Shown here piece after piece: positions 36,585 to 47,636 of a stretch of 64,000 nucleotides of DNA; positions within the stretch are counted from its first letter, which is position 1, and each line of letters starts with the position of its first letter. Both the position numbers and the translations under genes were made by a program. The notes beneath the pieces were generated by a model. That model did not search any database. It saw only the letters and a list, made by a program, of their open reading frames with translations, and was not told the origin of the DNA. Source of the DNA: an uncultured Nitrososphaeria archaeon (lineage in GTDB: Archaea; Thermoproteota; Nitrososphaeria; JACIWG01); contig CAYUWR010000011.1 of the NCBI GenBank assembly GCA_964448685.1, forward strand, positions 23,007 through 87,006, written 5' to 3'.

Positions 36585-39457
36585 TTTCCAGAAAACGTTT
36601 AAAAAGTTTAGCTATTGGTATACGAACAATGCAGAAGCCTAGAAGGGAAGCCGCCATCTGCCTTCTTCTACTGTCGATCTTGGCAGTGACCCAGTTTCCC
36701 ACCACAGCAGGCTATTCGAATCCGCCGCTCTGGAGCAGCAGCCTAGTCACCTACACCCCCCAAAATTTGAGGATTTCACTGGCCAACGACCAGAACATGG
36801 TCTTCACAAACAACGGCTCCATGGTCATAGGCCTAAGCCTTGTAGACGGCGAGACTGCTCTATCGTACCTGCCAGCAAGGAACGGTGACATCATCGACGG
36901 TATAGCCGCCCACTCAAGTGGAAAATACATAGTTGCCATAGTCAATGGAACATACATTAGCGTCTTCAACAGGACCAAGAACAGGGTAACGATCTTCAAG
37001 GCCAACTCGTCGGTGAAGAATATTCTGTTACCTCAAACATATTATGGCGGCCCATACACCCTATTCTATTCTACAGCAGACTACAACATAAGCAGGGTCG
37101 ATGTCAGCGTCCCCGGAGGCCCATCGCTTACATGGAAGATTCACCTAAGCTGTGACATCAACGCATTGGACGCCGACGATTCCCTGTTCAGAATAGCAGC
37201 TGGACTCAACAATGGCACACTATTGGTTCTGGATCCATTAAGTGGAGGGGTCATCGCGAAGAGAAACTTTGGCGCTCAGATAACATCACTGAAGATTTCA
37301 GCCTTCGGCTTCTTTCTGGCCCTAACCACCTCTGATGGGATGTTCTATTTTGTGAGAACAGACAACCTGTATGTGCTACAGAGCCTCTCATTTGGGGCTG
37401 TAAGGGGGGTGTCGACAGCGATATCATTGGATGGCAGCAGGGTTGCAGTTGGATTGAGCAACGGGACAATCTTGTGTTATAGGTACCTGACAGGCGAGTC
37501 TAAGAAGGTTTCTGTCTACAGTTCTTCAGTCACCATAGTTTCAGACAAGAACCTGGACTACATTGCATGGGCTTCAAGTAGGCAAGTTGGCTTCGGAAAG
37601 TTTGGAGAAAACCCCCTCTGGTCTTCAACCGTCTCCGACACAGCCACGGACATATCTGTAGCGATAGCTAGAGAGAACCCGTTCTATGTCGTCTCATGCA
37701 GTAAGGTGAAGATTCTCGTGTTCGATAGGAAGCCTCTTGCACAGCTCGCCATCTCCGTTAGCCCTCAGACAGTCGGCGTGGACAAAGAAGTGACCTTATC
37801 TGGCCAGCTCACACCCACACTAGCGAATCAGACGATAAGATTCTACATCCAAAACAACACCTCAGACGCATGGAGAATGCTTGGAGACAACAAGACAGAC
37901 GGTTCGGGAAGATTCAAGTTCAAGTGGAAGGTGGATGTCGCAGGAAACCCCAACGTGAAGGCGGTGTGGTCAGGCAACGAAGACTTCAGAGAGGCGTCAG
38001 CTATGTTGTCGCTTGATGTGAGGAAGGCGGTTATCGTCACCATACTTGCAACAACGACTTCGGGAAAACCGATACCGAATACGAGGATAACATTAAATGG
38101 CACAAGATATTATACAAATCAGAGCGGATACATCTCTACAACAGCGTATGTGGGAACACTCTCTGTTGTAGCAGACAATTCATTTGAGTTCGCATCAGAC
38201 AGCAGATACCAGTTCAAGACATGGAGCCCACTTGAAATAAGCCGAAACCAGATATCATTGAAGATCGATTCAAATACACAGTTGACGGCAAAATACTCCA
38301 TCGCCTACAAGGTCAACATAACACTTCCAAAGTACTTCCTTGTAGACACTTCGCCGTCTGGAAACGACGGCTGGTTTGAAAATGGCACAACGGTCCAAAT
38401 AATCCCGCTACCACTGTCAGAATATAATACAAGCAGCACAAGGATCGTGTTCACTGGATGGGAGGGAGTGGGCAGAGGCTCCTATTCTGGATCCAGCAAA
38501 ACAGCCACGGTAAAAGTCTTGGAGCCGGTAAGAGAGAGCATTATGTGGAAAAGACAGTTTAAACTTGACATCGTCACCTTCCCCCCGGAAGTGGATCCAG
38601 CACAGATATCGATCAAACCATCTAGTGATAGCTGGTTCGACGAAGGATCGACAGCAGTCCTAGAGGCGCCTGAAACAGTCCCATATGGAAATGGTGTAAG
38701 ATACGTGTTCTCTCTCTGGAAGACCGACACCACGACATATAGGGATAGGGTCTTGAGCATGATAATGGATAGGGGTAGAACAGTGAACGCATCATTCTAC
38801 ATACAGTACTTCTTGGATGTAAGCTCCGACGCTGGCAAGACAACTGGCACCGGATGGTACAATCAGTCACAAAAGGCAACCTTCAGCGTCATAGAGGCGA
38901 CCATCCCCTTAGGCCCAGGGGCTAGAAAGAAGTTCGTTGGGTGGACAGGCAACTTGACTTCAGCCGCCATCATAGGCGAAGTGTCAGTCAACGGACCTGT
39001 AGCCGTCCACGCAAACTACATCACACAATACTATCTCAATGTAAGTTCGCAGCATTCTAGGATCGTTCTGGAAGCTAGACAGGAAGATCCCTCCGGCTGG
39101 TACAATGAGGGAGCTAGGGTAACGTTCTCGATAGAAAGCTTGAGAGAAGAGAAGGACTTCTTCTCATATTACCGCTTCGAAGGATGGCGTGGAGATGTGG
39201 AATCGGCTGAGACAACGGCGTCAGTCAAAATGATGAGGCCGATGACGGTTGAGGCAGCATGGAAGGAGGAGATCATATACGAAAATGTCCTAATTATATC
39301 GGTGCCCGTTTTGATTGTGGCATCGCTCATAGCCTGGTTTGTTTACAGGAAGAAGCGAAAGCCTCAGATAATCGAATCCGATGAAAGCGAGAAGATTGGG
39401 AAGACGCCAACCCCATCACAAGGAGAGGAAAAGGTCACTTCTGATAGACTTCCATAG
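36581..39457 (+). CDS. large secreted beta-propeller (PQQ/WD40-like) and Ig-like repeat surface protein with a C-terminal TM anchor and many N-glycosylation sequons
   Basis: Start ATG overlaps the ATPase stop (ATGA). N-terminal signal. Repeated beta-strand blocks. Many N-x-S/T sites. C-terminal VLIISVPVLIVASLIAWFVY followed by RKKRK. Confidence 0.7.
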   Translation: MISRKRLKSLAIGIRTMQKPRREAAICLLLLSILAVTQFPTTAGYSNPPLWSSSLVTYTPQNLRISLANDQNMVFTNNGSMVIGLSLVDGETALSYLPARNGDIIDGIAAHSSGKYIVAIVNGTYISVFNRTKNRVTIFKANSSVKNILLPQTYYGGPYTLFYSTADYNISRVDVSVPGGPSLTWKIHLSCDINALDADDSLFRIAAGLNNGTLLVLDPLSGGVIAKRNFGAQITSLKISAFGFFLALTTSDGMFYFVRTDNLYVLQSLSFGAVRGVSTAISLDGSRVAVGLSNGTILCYRYLTGESKKVSVYSSSVTIVSDKNLDYIAWASSRQVGFGKFGENPLWSSTVSDTATDISVAIARENPFYVVSCSKVKILVFDRKPLAQLAISVSPQTVGVDKEVTLSGQLTPTLANQTIRFYIQNNTSDAWRMLGDNKTDGSGRFKFKWKVDVAGNPNVKAVWSGNEDFREASAMLSLDVRKAVIVTILATTTSGKPIPNTRITLNGTRYYTNQSGYISTTAYVGTLSVVADNSFEFASDSRYQFKTWSPLEISRNQISLKIDSNTQLTAKYSIAYKVNITLPKYFLVDTSPSGNDGWFENGTTVQIIPLPLSEYNTSSTRIVFTGWEGVGRGSYSGSSKTATVKVLEPVRESIMWKRQFKLDIVTFPPEVDPAQISIKPSSDSWFDEGSTAVLEAPETVPYGNGVRYVFSLWKTDTTTYRDRVLSMIMDRGRTVNASFYIQYFLDVSSDAGKTTGTGWYNQSQKATFSVIEATIPLGPGARKKFVGWTGNLTSAAIIGEVSVNGPVAVHANYITQYYLNVSSQHSRIVLEARQEDPSGWYNEGARVTFSIESLREEKDFFSYYRFEGWRGDVESAETTASVKMMRPMTVEAAWKEEIIYENVLIISVPVLIVASLIAWFVYRKKRKPQIIESDESEKIGKTPTPSQGEEKVTSDRLP

Positions 39458-40646
39458 CCTCCAAAGCCGGAAGCTTCTTGCCCATGAGAGACTCCAACAA
39501 GGCACCTCCTCCAGAGCTTATATAAGAGACCTTATCGTAGAGCCCCAGCCTACTGAGGGCTGCAATCGTGTGGCCCCCACCTGCAACCGTGAACGCCTGC
39601 GAGAGGACAGCAGCCTGAAAGACCTTCGCTGTTCCCTCAAGGAAAGGCTCAACCTCGTAGACACCCATCGGACCATGCATCATCACCGCCTTAGCCGTCT
39701 TCAGGACGTTTTCGTATACGACCATCGTCCTCTCTCCGATATCCCATATCTCGTAGTCTGTCGGAAGGTTTATCATCTGAATCTCCTTCCGCCTTCCATC
39801 TACGTTGACAGCGAAGTCCACAGGCAGCAGGACTTTGCCATCGAATCGGTCAAGAATCGATTTCGCCCTAGGCACAAGCTCAAGTAAGCCTTTATCCGAT
39901 AAAGCCTTCCTATTCAGGAAGCCAGTATCCAAACCTCTTGCAACCAGAAAGAGTTGCGCTACAAGCCCTCCAGTCAGGATTCGGTCTGCGCGATCATTTG
40001 ATAGCACGTACTCGACAATTTCGACACCCTCCTTAACTTTAGAGCCGCCCAAGATGTATATGATAGGCCTATGCTCTACAGACCTTATCCGCTCTAGCGC
40101 CTTCAACTCCCTTTCCATAACCCTTCCAAGTACAGTCGGCATAACGACAGTGAACCCGACTATCGAGGCATGTGCTCTATGTGCCGCAGCAAAAGCGTCG
40201 AATACGAAGACGTCTGCCAATGGAGCCAACGTCTTGACCAATGTGGTCTTCGACTGCTCCTCTATCGTCTTCTTAGCTGTCTCCTCTCTAAGACTTCTCA
40301 CGTTCTCCAAGACCAGGATTTCGCTGGGCCCAAGAGCCTTTATCGCGTTTACAGCACGCTCACCCACTACATCATCCACATAGCCTACACGTTGGCCCAA
40401 TATCTCGGACAGCCTCATGGAATGGTGTTCAAGAGTAGTATAGTCGGGGTCTCCAAGTCTACCCTGATGGGCTAACACGACAACCCTTGCTCCCCTCTGA
40501 GCCAGTTCCTTGATCGTTCCAGAATGAAGCCTTATACGTTCATCGTCAAGAAGCCTCTTAGTCGACGGATCCACAGTCGAGTTGAAGTCAACCCTTACAA
40601 TAGCTGTCTTGTTTGCAAAATCGAAGTCGTCCATTGTTTTAAACAT
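39435..40646 (-). CDS. pgk: phosphoglycerate kinase
   Basis: PGK family motifs (VRVDFN, ILGGSKV, GGGA). Downstream of gap on the same strand. Confidence 0.92.
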   Translation of the reverse strand: MFKTMDDFDFANKTAIVRVDFNSTVDPSTKRLLDDERIRLHSGTIKELAQRGARVVVLAHQGRLGDPDYTTLEHHSMRLSEILGQRVGYVDDVVGERAVNAIKALGPSEILVLENVRSLREETAKKTIEEQSKTTLVKTLAPLADVFVFDAFAAAHRAHASIVGFTVVMPTVLGRVMERELKALERIRSVEHRPIIYILGGSKVKEGVEIVEYVLSNDRADRILTGGLVAQLFLVARGLDTGFLNRKALSDKGLLELVPRAKSILDRFDGKVLLPVDFAVNVDGRRKEIQMINLPTDYEIWDIGERTMVVYENVLKTAKAVMMHGPMGVYEVEPFLEGTAKVFQAAVLSQAFTVAGGGHTIAALSRLGLYDKVSYISSGGGALLESLMGKKLPALEAMEVYQK

Positions 40647-40688
40647 AAGCCTTCAGTGTATCCATGGGGTCTTCGATCAATAGAGAGG

Positions 40689-41717
<1,029 letters not shown>

Positions 41718-41821
41718 TCAAATGAAGGTAGACTGTACCTCATATAAAAGATTTCGCCAACTCACGCATCATTTCATCGGCTTAGCATAGATTTATTATC
41801 TGCCATTCCCAAAGATCATGC

Positions 41822-42484
41822 ATGCTCTTTAAGGTTCAGTCACTGGAGGAGCTCGCAAAACTAATTGTCGCATCGAAGTCAACGGACATCATGCAGTTCT
41901 TCGGAGGAATATTCGTCGCGGGAACAGGAGAGGAAAAGAACTATTTCACGTTCGGCGACCCGGAGGAGGTCAACGAGTTCATGAACATCTATTACACTCA
42001 GGCAGGGGACTTTGAAGGAAAGTTTCTGAGGTTCCCCATCTACGGCGGAGAAAAGAAGATTATGCCATCGATGGGAATCGAGGGGACAGACATATTTATC
42101 CCCTTGATTCGCCTTCAAGACGACGCCGACTACAGAAAGTTCCCGAAAGCTTCCCCCTTGATATTGAAGACAAAGAGCTTCGAAGACCTGTTGAGATCCT
42201 CTCTCGGCTGGCCCACCGTTAGAAGCGCCTTCATAATGTACAGTTGGAGACAAGACCAAAAACACGTGTACACAATGAAGCTTGTCCAGAGAGTCTTCGA
42301 CAAGAGCAGGCGGATCTACTTCACACACATATTAGATCATGAAATCACAGGAAGCTTCATAAAATATAGGGTCACACACATTGAAGAGTGGAAGGTCTGC
42401 GAAAACCTTGTTGAACCGAAATGGATCTACTTCCCTATAGTGAGACTTGAAGAAGGCTTCAGCGAACTCTCGAGCGCGCTCTAG
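41822..42484 (+). CDS. hypothetical protein
   Basis: 220-aa ORF with a TATA-like ATTTATTAT about 25 nt upstream. No recognisable motif. Confidence 0.45.
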   Translation: MLFKVQSLEELAKLIVASKSTDIMQFFGGIFVAGTGEEKNYFTFGDPEEVNEFMNIYYTQAGDFEGKFLRFPIYGGEKKIMPSMGIEGTDIFIPLIRLQDDADYRKFPKASPLILKTKSFEDLLRSSLGWPTVRSAFIMYSWRQDQKHVYTMKLVQRVFDKSRRIYFTHILDHEITGSFIKYRVTHIEEWKVCENLVEPKWIYFPIVRLEEGFSELSSAL

Positions 42485-42490
42485 ACTACG

Positions 42491-42940
42491 TCAAAGAGTC
42501 TTCTTGACCCAAACATATATCTGTGCGCGCTCAAACTTCTTCTTCTTGAAAAAGTTCAGCGCCCTCTGGTTTGTCCCCTCTATGTCGGCCAAGATGATTC
42601 TTACACCCTTCCCCTTGAGTCTCTCCTCTATCGAATTGTAGAGCCTGCTCGCAACACCAGTGCTCTGATACCTTTTCCTAACCCCCAACCAGACAACATA
42701 TCCATACTTCCATGCTGATTGGCTCTTCTCAATGATGGTGGCCATGACGAAACCTATCACCTTACCATTGGATTCGGCGACAAGACACAATTCAGGGTTA
42801 CTATTGAAATGCGATGTTACAGTGTATTCGTCCCATGTCCTATACATTATCGGAAAATCCTGGCTCGAGTAGATCGACTCACCTATATGAAAGACCTCCG
42901 ATAGGTCGTCGATACCCATTTCTCTTATCCTGATCACCAT
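42491..42940 (-). CDS. GNAT-family N-acetyltransferase
   Basis: Acetyl-CoA binding motif WLGVRKRYQSTGVASRLY (Q/RxxGxG/A). Confidence 0.8.
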   Translation of the reverse strand: MVIRIREMGIDDLSEVFHIGESIYSSQDFPIMYRTWDEYTVTSHFNSNPELCLVAESNGKVIGFVMATIIEKSQSAWKYGYVVWLGVRKRYQSTGVASRLYNSIEERLKGKGVRIILADIEGTNQRALNFFKKKKFERAQIYVWVKKTL

Positions 42941-43041
42941 ATCTGATGGTTTGAGGCGATGACGGCTTATAAGTCTTAGGGATGCGCTTTCAAAGCCCAG
43001 CCGCGCACAATCTAATGGCCGTCGACAACCTATTTCAAAGC

Positions 43042-44283
43042 CTAAAGCCCCTTCGTGCTCAAGTCCATCGCCAGTTTTATCTGCTCTTCAAGCATGGGTG
43101 GAAGGTTTGGGATCTTGATTTCGAGAAAGCCTCTCACCAAAGTCGACACCGCCTCTTCTCTACTCATCCCCCTAGAAAGAAGATAGAAGATTTCGTCTTC
43201 GGCTAGCCTGCCGACTGCTGCCTCATGTGTTAGCTCCACATCTTTGGCTGTTGAATCGAGTTCGGGGATGGTCCAGATGCGGGAACTGTCGCTCAACATG
43301 AGTCCACGGCATTCAATGTGACCCCTAGATTCAGAGGCTTGAGTGGCGATACGGGCTCTGGCCACGATCTGGGAATTGTCTAATGATATAGACCTGGAGA
43401 CTACTTCTGCTCTAGAATTCCTCCCACTTATCGATATCGCTGACCCTAAGTCAATATAAGAGGACGATCTGCCGATTACTATCGAGGACATGAAAGCCCT
43501 TGAGCCTGCGCCTTTGAGGTGGACTGACGGATACGATTGAAGGCTTCTCAGACCTGATGGACTCAGGTTAAGATAGTTGCTTATGAAGACACCGCCTTCT
43601 TCCACCACAGCAGCGGTCCTTGGGCGAACATCACTCACCCTGCTCCAGTCGTGAATCATGGTGAATGTTACGGTAGCGTTCTCCTTGACGTAGAATTCTG
43701 TGATTCCAGCATGTAAGCCGACTGATTCCGGCATCGCAGCGCATCCTGTTACGACATGTAACTTTGACCCCGCCTCGGCAACTATAATATTGTGAGGTGC
43801 CTGAAAAGCCCGGCTTGACTTTATCAGAAGACAAGCCTGTATGGGAACATCGACAGACTGGTTTTCTCTTGCCATGATCACGTATCCACCATGACCATAT
43901 ATCTGCGCCGCTGCAGTGAACTTGTCTTGGCCGACGTCTATGAGCCTCCAATAGTAGTCTTCGACGAAGTCGCGGTCCTCTAGGGCCTCTTCCAACGTCA
44001 ACAAGTCAACATTGGTGTAGAACTTCTTCTTATATACGATGTCGTGATCCACTTGTATGTAGCTGCCGGCTCTTGACCGCTCCATAGGATCAATGCCTAC
44101 ATCCTGAAGCCTTCCGACAACCTCTTCAGGCATCGAGCTGAAGCTTGAGACAGCAGAAGTTGAGGAGATGGCGTTCAGATACTGTCCAAGATCTATGTCG
44201 GCACCATATTTGGGCTTGACCTGTATCGATTCCTTTGCCTTCTTATTGAGCAGCTCCATTCGGTCTTCAAGTCCCACAGCCAT
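43042..44283 (-). CDS. sufB: Fe-S cluster assembly protein SufB/SufD family
   Basis: Beta-helix-type repetitive C-terminus characteristic of SufB/D. Immediately downstream of sufC. Confidence 0.85.
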   Translation of the reverse strand: MAVGLEDRMELLNKKAKESIQVKPKYGADIDLGQYLNAISSTSAVSSFSSMPEEVVGRLQDVGIDPMERSRAGSYIQVDHDIVYKKKFYTNVDLLTLEEALEDRDFVEDYYWRLIDVGQDKFTAAAQIYGHGGYVIMARENQSVDVPIQACLLIKSSRAFQAPHNIIVAEAGSKLHVVTGCAAMPESVGLHAGITEFYVKENATVTFTMIHDWSRVSDVRPRTAAVVEEGGVFISNYLNLSPSGLRSLQSYPSVHLKGAGSRAFMSSIVIGRSSSYIDLGSAISISGRNSRAEVVSRSISLDNSQIVARARIATQASESRGHIECRGLMLSDSSRIWTIPELDSTAKDVELTHEAAVGRLAEDEIFYLLSRGMSREEAVSTLVRGFLEIKIPNLPPMLEEQIKLAMDLSTKGL

Positions 44284-44297
44284 GTCACCCCTTCAAT

Positions 44298-45089
44298 CTA
44301 CTTCCCGATTCCTCGCATCGGACTTGGCTGGCGGCGGTCGTAGCATTGTGTGCACCGTTCAAAGCCGTGTCTAAGCACATCTTTGACCAAGCTTTCTGTC
44401 TCCCCATAGCAGATTACCGAACCGTTCTGGAGTATGTATGTCCTATGGGTGAGAACATATCTTGACACGTAGCCCAAGTGGGTTACGATTAGACCTGACG
44501 GCTTCTCTGTTACAGGATGTCTTTCGTCACTTAGCAGCCTACTTATTGCGTTGCCAACTACCACCATGTTTTCGACATCTACACCAGAGTCAGGCTCGTC
44601 AAGTAAAGCCAGAGATGGCCTCTGCAGCATGAGAAAGAAGAGTTCTGCCCTCTTGATTTCTCCCCCGCTGAAGCCTACGTTTATTTCTCTGTCTAAGAAG
44701 GATGTCAGATTTAGGGAGGCAGCGAGAGATTCGATGTCTGCGCTCTTACCGTACTTGCTTCCAAGCCTCTTGGCAAGCTCCCTTAATGTCACACCATGTA
44801 TTTTTGGAGGAAACTGGAAGGAGACACCAAGACCCAGCTTCACACGTTCTTCTGTTGGCGCAAATGTGATATCCTTACCCTTTAAGACTATTGAACCCTT
44901 CTTTATCCTATATTTTGGGTGACCAATTATAGAGTATATTAGTGATGACTTGCCTGAACCATTTGGGCCCATGAGCAGTATCGTCTCCCCGAAGCCTATA
45001 GACAAAGACAGATCCTTTAAGACCGTCTTGCCGTCTACTTCTACAGTGAGGTCTCTGACATCCAGCAACATCGCGTTCGTAGTGAACAC
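44298..45089 (-). CDS. sufC: Fe-S cluster assembly ATPase SufC
   Basis: Walker A GPNGSGKSS, FSGGE signature and LLDEPDSG Walker B. Short ABC ATPase without a TMD partner. Confidence 0.9.
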   Translation of the reverse strand: MFTTNAMLLDVRDLTVEVDGKTVLKDLSLSIGFGETILLMGPNGSGKSSLIYSIIGHPKYRIKKGSIVLKGKDITFAPTEERVKLGLGVSFQFPPKIHGVTLRELAKRLGSKYGKSADIESLAASLNLTSFLDREINVGFSGGEIKRAELFFLMLQRPSLALLDEPDSGVDVENMVVVGNAISRLLSDERHPVTEKPSGLIVTHLGYVSRYVLTHRTYILQNGSVICYGETESLVKDVLRHGFERCTQCYDRRQPSPMRGIGK

Positions 45090-45173
45090 TATATGATAAT
45101 AACTTTTTGACCAAGCATGATCTTCAAGAGAAGCAAAAATGGAGGGAGTGGTTTCAGCCCACTCTATCTTGAT

Positions 45174-47537
45174 CTACTTCTTAGATAAGAGAGCTTTTAG
45201 CTCCGCCAGCCTTGAGAGTATCAGTTTCTGCTCGACGCTAGCCACAAGTTTCTTCGTGGCAACAACCGTGTCAGGGTTGACAGACACGCTGTCGATTCCA
45301 TTTTCAACCAGAAACTTTGTGATCTCAGGATACACAGAAGGCGCTTGGCCGCAGATGCTTACTGTTGCACCGTTTTCGTGCGCCACCTTGATTAGGTGGG
45401 CGATCGACCTCAGCACTGCAGGATCTCTCTCGTCGAAGTATCCCAGGTTTCCCAAGATCCCACTGTCTCTGTCAGCGCCCAGAATGAGTTGAGTCAAGTC
45501 GTTTGAGCCGATGCTGAAACCGTCACATAGTTTACTAAATTCGTCTGCGAGCAAAACTATCGAGGGCACCTCTGCCATGAACCAGAGCTTGAAGTCCTTA
45601 CCTCTTTCTAGACCTTCCTCCTTCATGATTCGTATAGCTTTCTCCACCTCCCACGTTGTTCGGACAAATGGCAACATCACCCAAACGTTCTTGAGGCCCA
45701 TTTCGTCTCTCACCTTCTTCATAGCCTTACATTCAAGCCTGAATCCGGCTTCATATTCTGGGCTGACATATCTCGACACACCCCTCCAGCCTATCATTGG
45801 ATTGTTCTCTTTCGGCTCGAACCTTTCTCCACCCTTCAGTGCCGCGTACTCGTTTGATTTGAAGTCGCTCATTCTCACGACAACCGGCCTCGGATATACT
45901 GCGCCAGCCACCTTCGCTATTCCTTCAGCCAGCTTGTCCACAAAGATCTGGCTCCTGCCCTGCTCGATCAGCGCCAGAGGATGTTCGCCCACCCAGTCCG
46001 CGATGATGAATTCGATTCTCATGAGCCCTATGCCGTCAAATGGCAGATGTTTGTACTCCTCCGCCTTATCCGGCTCCCCAAGGTTCATGTAGACCTTCGT
46101 TCCAGTGATCGGAACAGCATCAGCCACCATCGCCGCAGCAGACAACGCTTCAACCTTGGCTTTGACCTCCTCTTCCTCCACGATCCCCTCATAGATGACA
46201 CCCAGTGAACCATCCACCGTCACATCCTGTCCTGTCTTCAGGACCTCCGTGGCAGTCTTCGTTCCCACAACACATGGCACGCCAAGTTCTCTGGAAACTA
46301 TGGCAGCGTGCGCCGTCATACCACCACCATTTGTGACGATAGCCGCAGCCTTCCTCATCGCGGGAACCCAGTCTGGAGCCGTCATTTCCGTGACAAGAAT
46401 TTCTCCTTCCTTGAACGTCGATATATCCTTGACATCCATTATTATCTTCACCCTTCCAGAAGCCCTACCAGGCGAGGCGCCTAACCCTCTAACCAAGACG
46501 TTTGCCGTCGACGCCTTCACCTTGGCAACTGGTTCAGCCGCAGCCCTAGACGACCACACCGTTTCAGGTCTTGCCTGAACAATGTAGAGGCGGTTCGTAT
46601 CCGAGTCAAGAGCCCATTCGATGTCCATGGGCCTACCATAATGCTTTTCTATCAGTTCAGCGTAGCGGCCCAGTTCAACAACCTGCTCGTCAGATAAACA
46701 TGGGATCTCCTGAGACTCTTCTGGAACCTCGACTTCCTTGCTATTGCCTCCTTCACCTTTTCCCCTAATCGTCATCACCTTCTTTCGGGCAATATTCTTT
46801 TCAAGAATCTTCAGCGTACCCTTTTCCACCACCCACCTGTCTGGATCAACGTGACCTTGAACCACCGATTCGCCAACCCCCCAAGCGCCTTCGATGGTCA
46901 CAGAGTTTCTGTCGCCAGTGACCGGATTAAGAGTGAATATTACACCTGCAGCCTTGCTGTTGACCATCTTCTGTATGCCAACAGAAAGCTTCACCTTGAA
47001 GTGATCAAATCCCTTTTCAACCCTGTACGCGATAGCTCGTGGCGTGAAAAGAGAACTGATACACTTTTTGGTGCTTTCAATCAGCGCGTCTCTGCCTGAG
47101 ACGAAGAGGTAGGTATCCTGCTGTCCAGCGAACGAAGCTGTCGGCAGGTCCTCAGCTGTAGCACTGCTTCTCACCGCAACTTCTGGGTTGTTGACTCCAA
47201 CCTTTTTAGCCAACGCTCTATAGTGTTCCATCAGGCCTTCTTCCAGAACCTTCGGAAACTCACATGATTCGATCAAAGCACGTATCTTCTTAGAAGTCTC
47301 AGTTAACTTGTCCAAGTCGTTCACGTCAAGCCCAGACAGCAGTTCTGCAATCTTTGGAGCAACACCTGAGGCTTCGATGAAGTAGTCGTATCCAGCTGAA
47401 GTCAACGCGAATCCGGGTGGAACAGGTATTCCGGCGTTCACCATTTCTCCAAGGCTGGAGTTCTTGCCTCCGACCAGGGCAACGTCTTCTCTTCTAAGTT
47501 CCTCGAATTCCAGATAGAATTTCTCCTTTCTAGACAT
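45174..47537 (-). CDS. ppsA: phosphoenolpyruvate synthase (pyruvate, water dikinase)
   Basis: N-terminal ATP-grasp. Phosphohistidine domain GGMTAHAAIVSRELGVPCVVG. C-terminal PEP-utilising TIM barrel. The internal Met at 47537 is preferred over the track start at 47582. Confidence 0.9.
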   Translation of the reverse strand: MSRKEKFYLEFEELRREDVALVGGKNSSLGEMVNAGIPVPPGFALTSAGYDYFIEASGVAPKIAELLSGLDVNDLDKLTETSKKIRALIESCEFPKVLEEGLMEHYRALAKKVGVNNPEVAVRSSATAEDLPTASFAGQQDTYLFVSGRDALIESTKKCISSLFTPRAIAYRVEKGFDHFKVKLSVGIQKMVNSKAAGVIFTLNPVTGDRNSVTIEGAWGVGESVVQGHVDPDRWVVEKGTLKILEKNIARKKVMTIRGKGEGGNSKEVEVPEESQEIPCLSDEQVVELGRYAELIEKHYGRPMDIEWALDSDTNRLYIVQARPETVWSSRAAAEPVAKVKASTANVLVRGLGASPGRASGRVKIIMDVKDISTFKEGEILVTEMTAPDWVPAMRKAAAIVTNGGGMTAHAAIVSRELGVPCVVGTKTATEVLKTGQDVTVDGSLGVIYEGIVEEEEVKAKVEALSAAAMVADAVPITGTKVYMNLGEPDKAEEYKHLPFDGIGLMRIEFIIADWVGEHPLALIEQGRSQIFVDKLAEGIAKVAGAVYPRPVVVRMSDFKSNEYAALKGGERFEPKENNPMIGWRGVSRYVSPEYEAGFRLECKAMKKVRDEMGLKNVWVMLPFVRTTWEVEKAIRIMKEEGLERGKDFKLWFMAEVPSIVLLADEFSKLCDGFSIGSNDLTQLILGADRDSGILGNLGYFDERDPAVLRSIAHLIKVAHENGATVSICGQAPSVYPEITKFLVENGIDSVSVNPDTVVATKKLVASVEQKLILSRLAELKALLSKK

Positions 47538-47636
47538 GCGATATCCTCGGCTTCTGCCAGAAAGCAACCAGTATATAAACATCTTACTTTATGTGCCCAC
47601 GTTTGAATGCCCCGGAGACGTCCATAGACTATAGTA

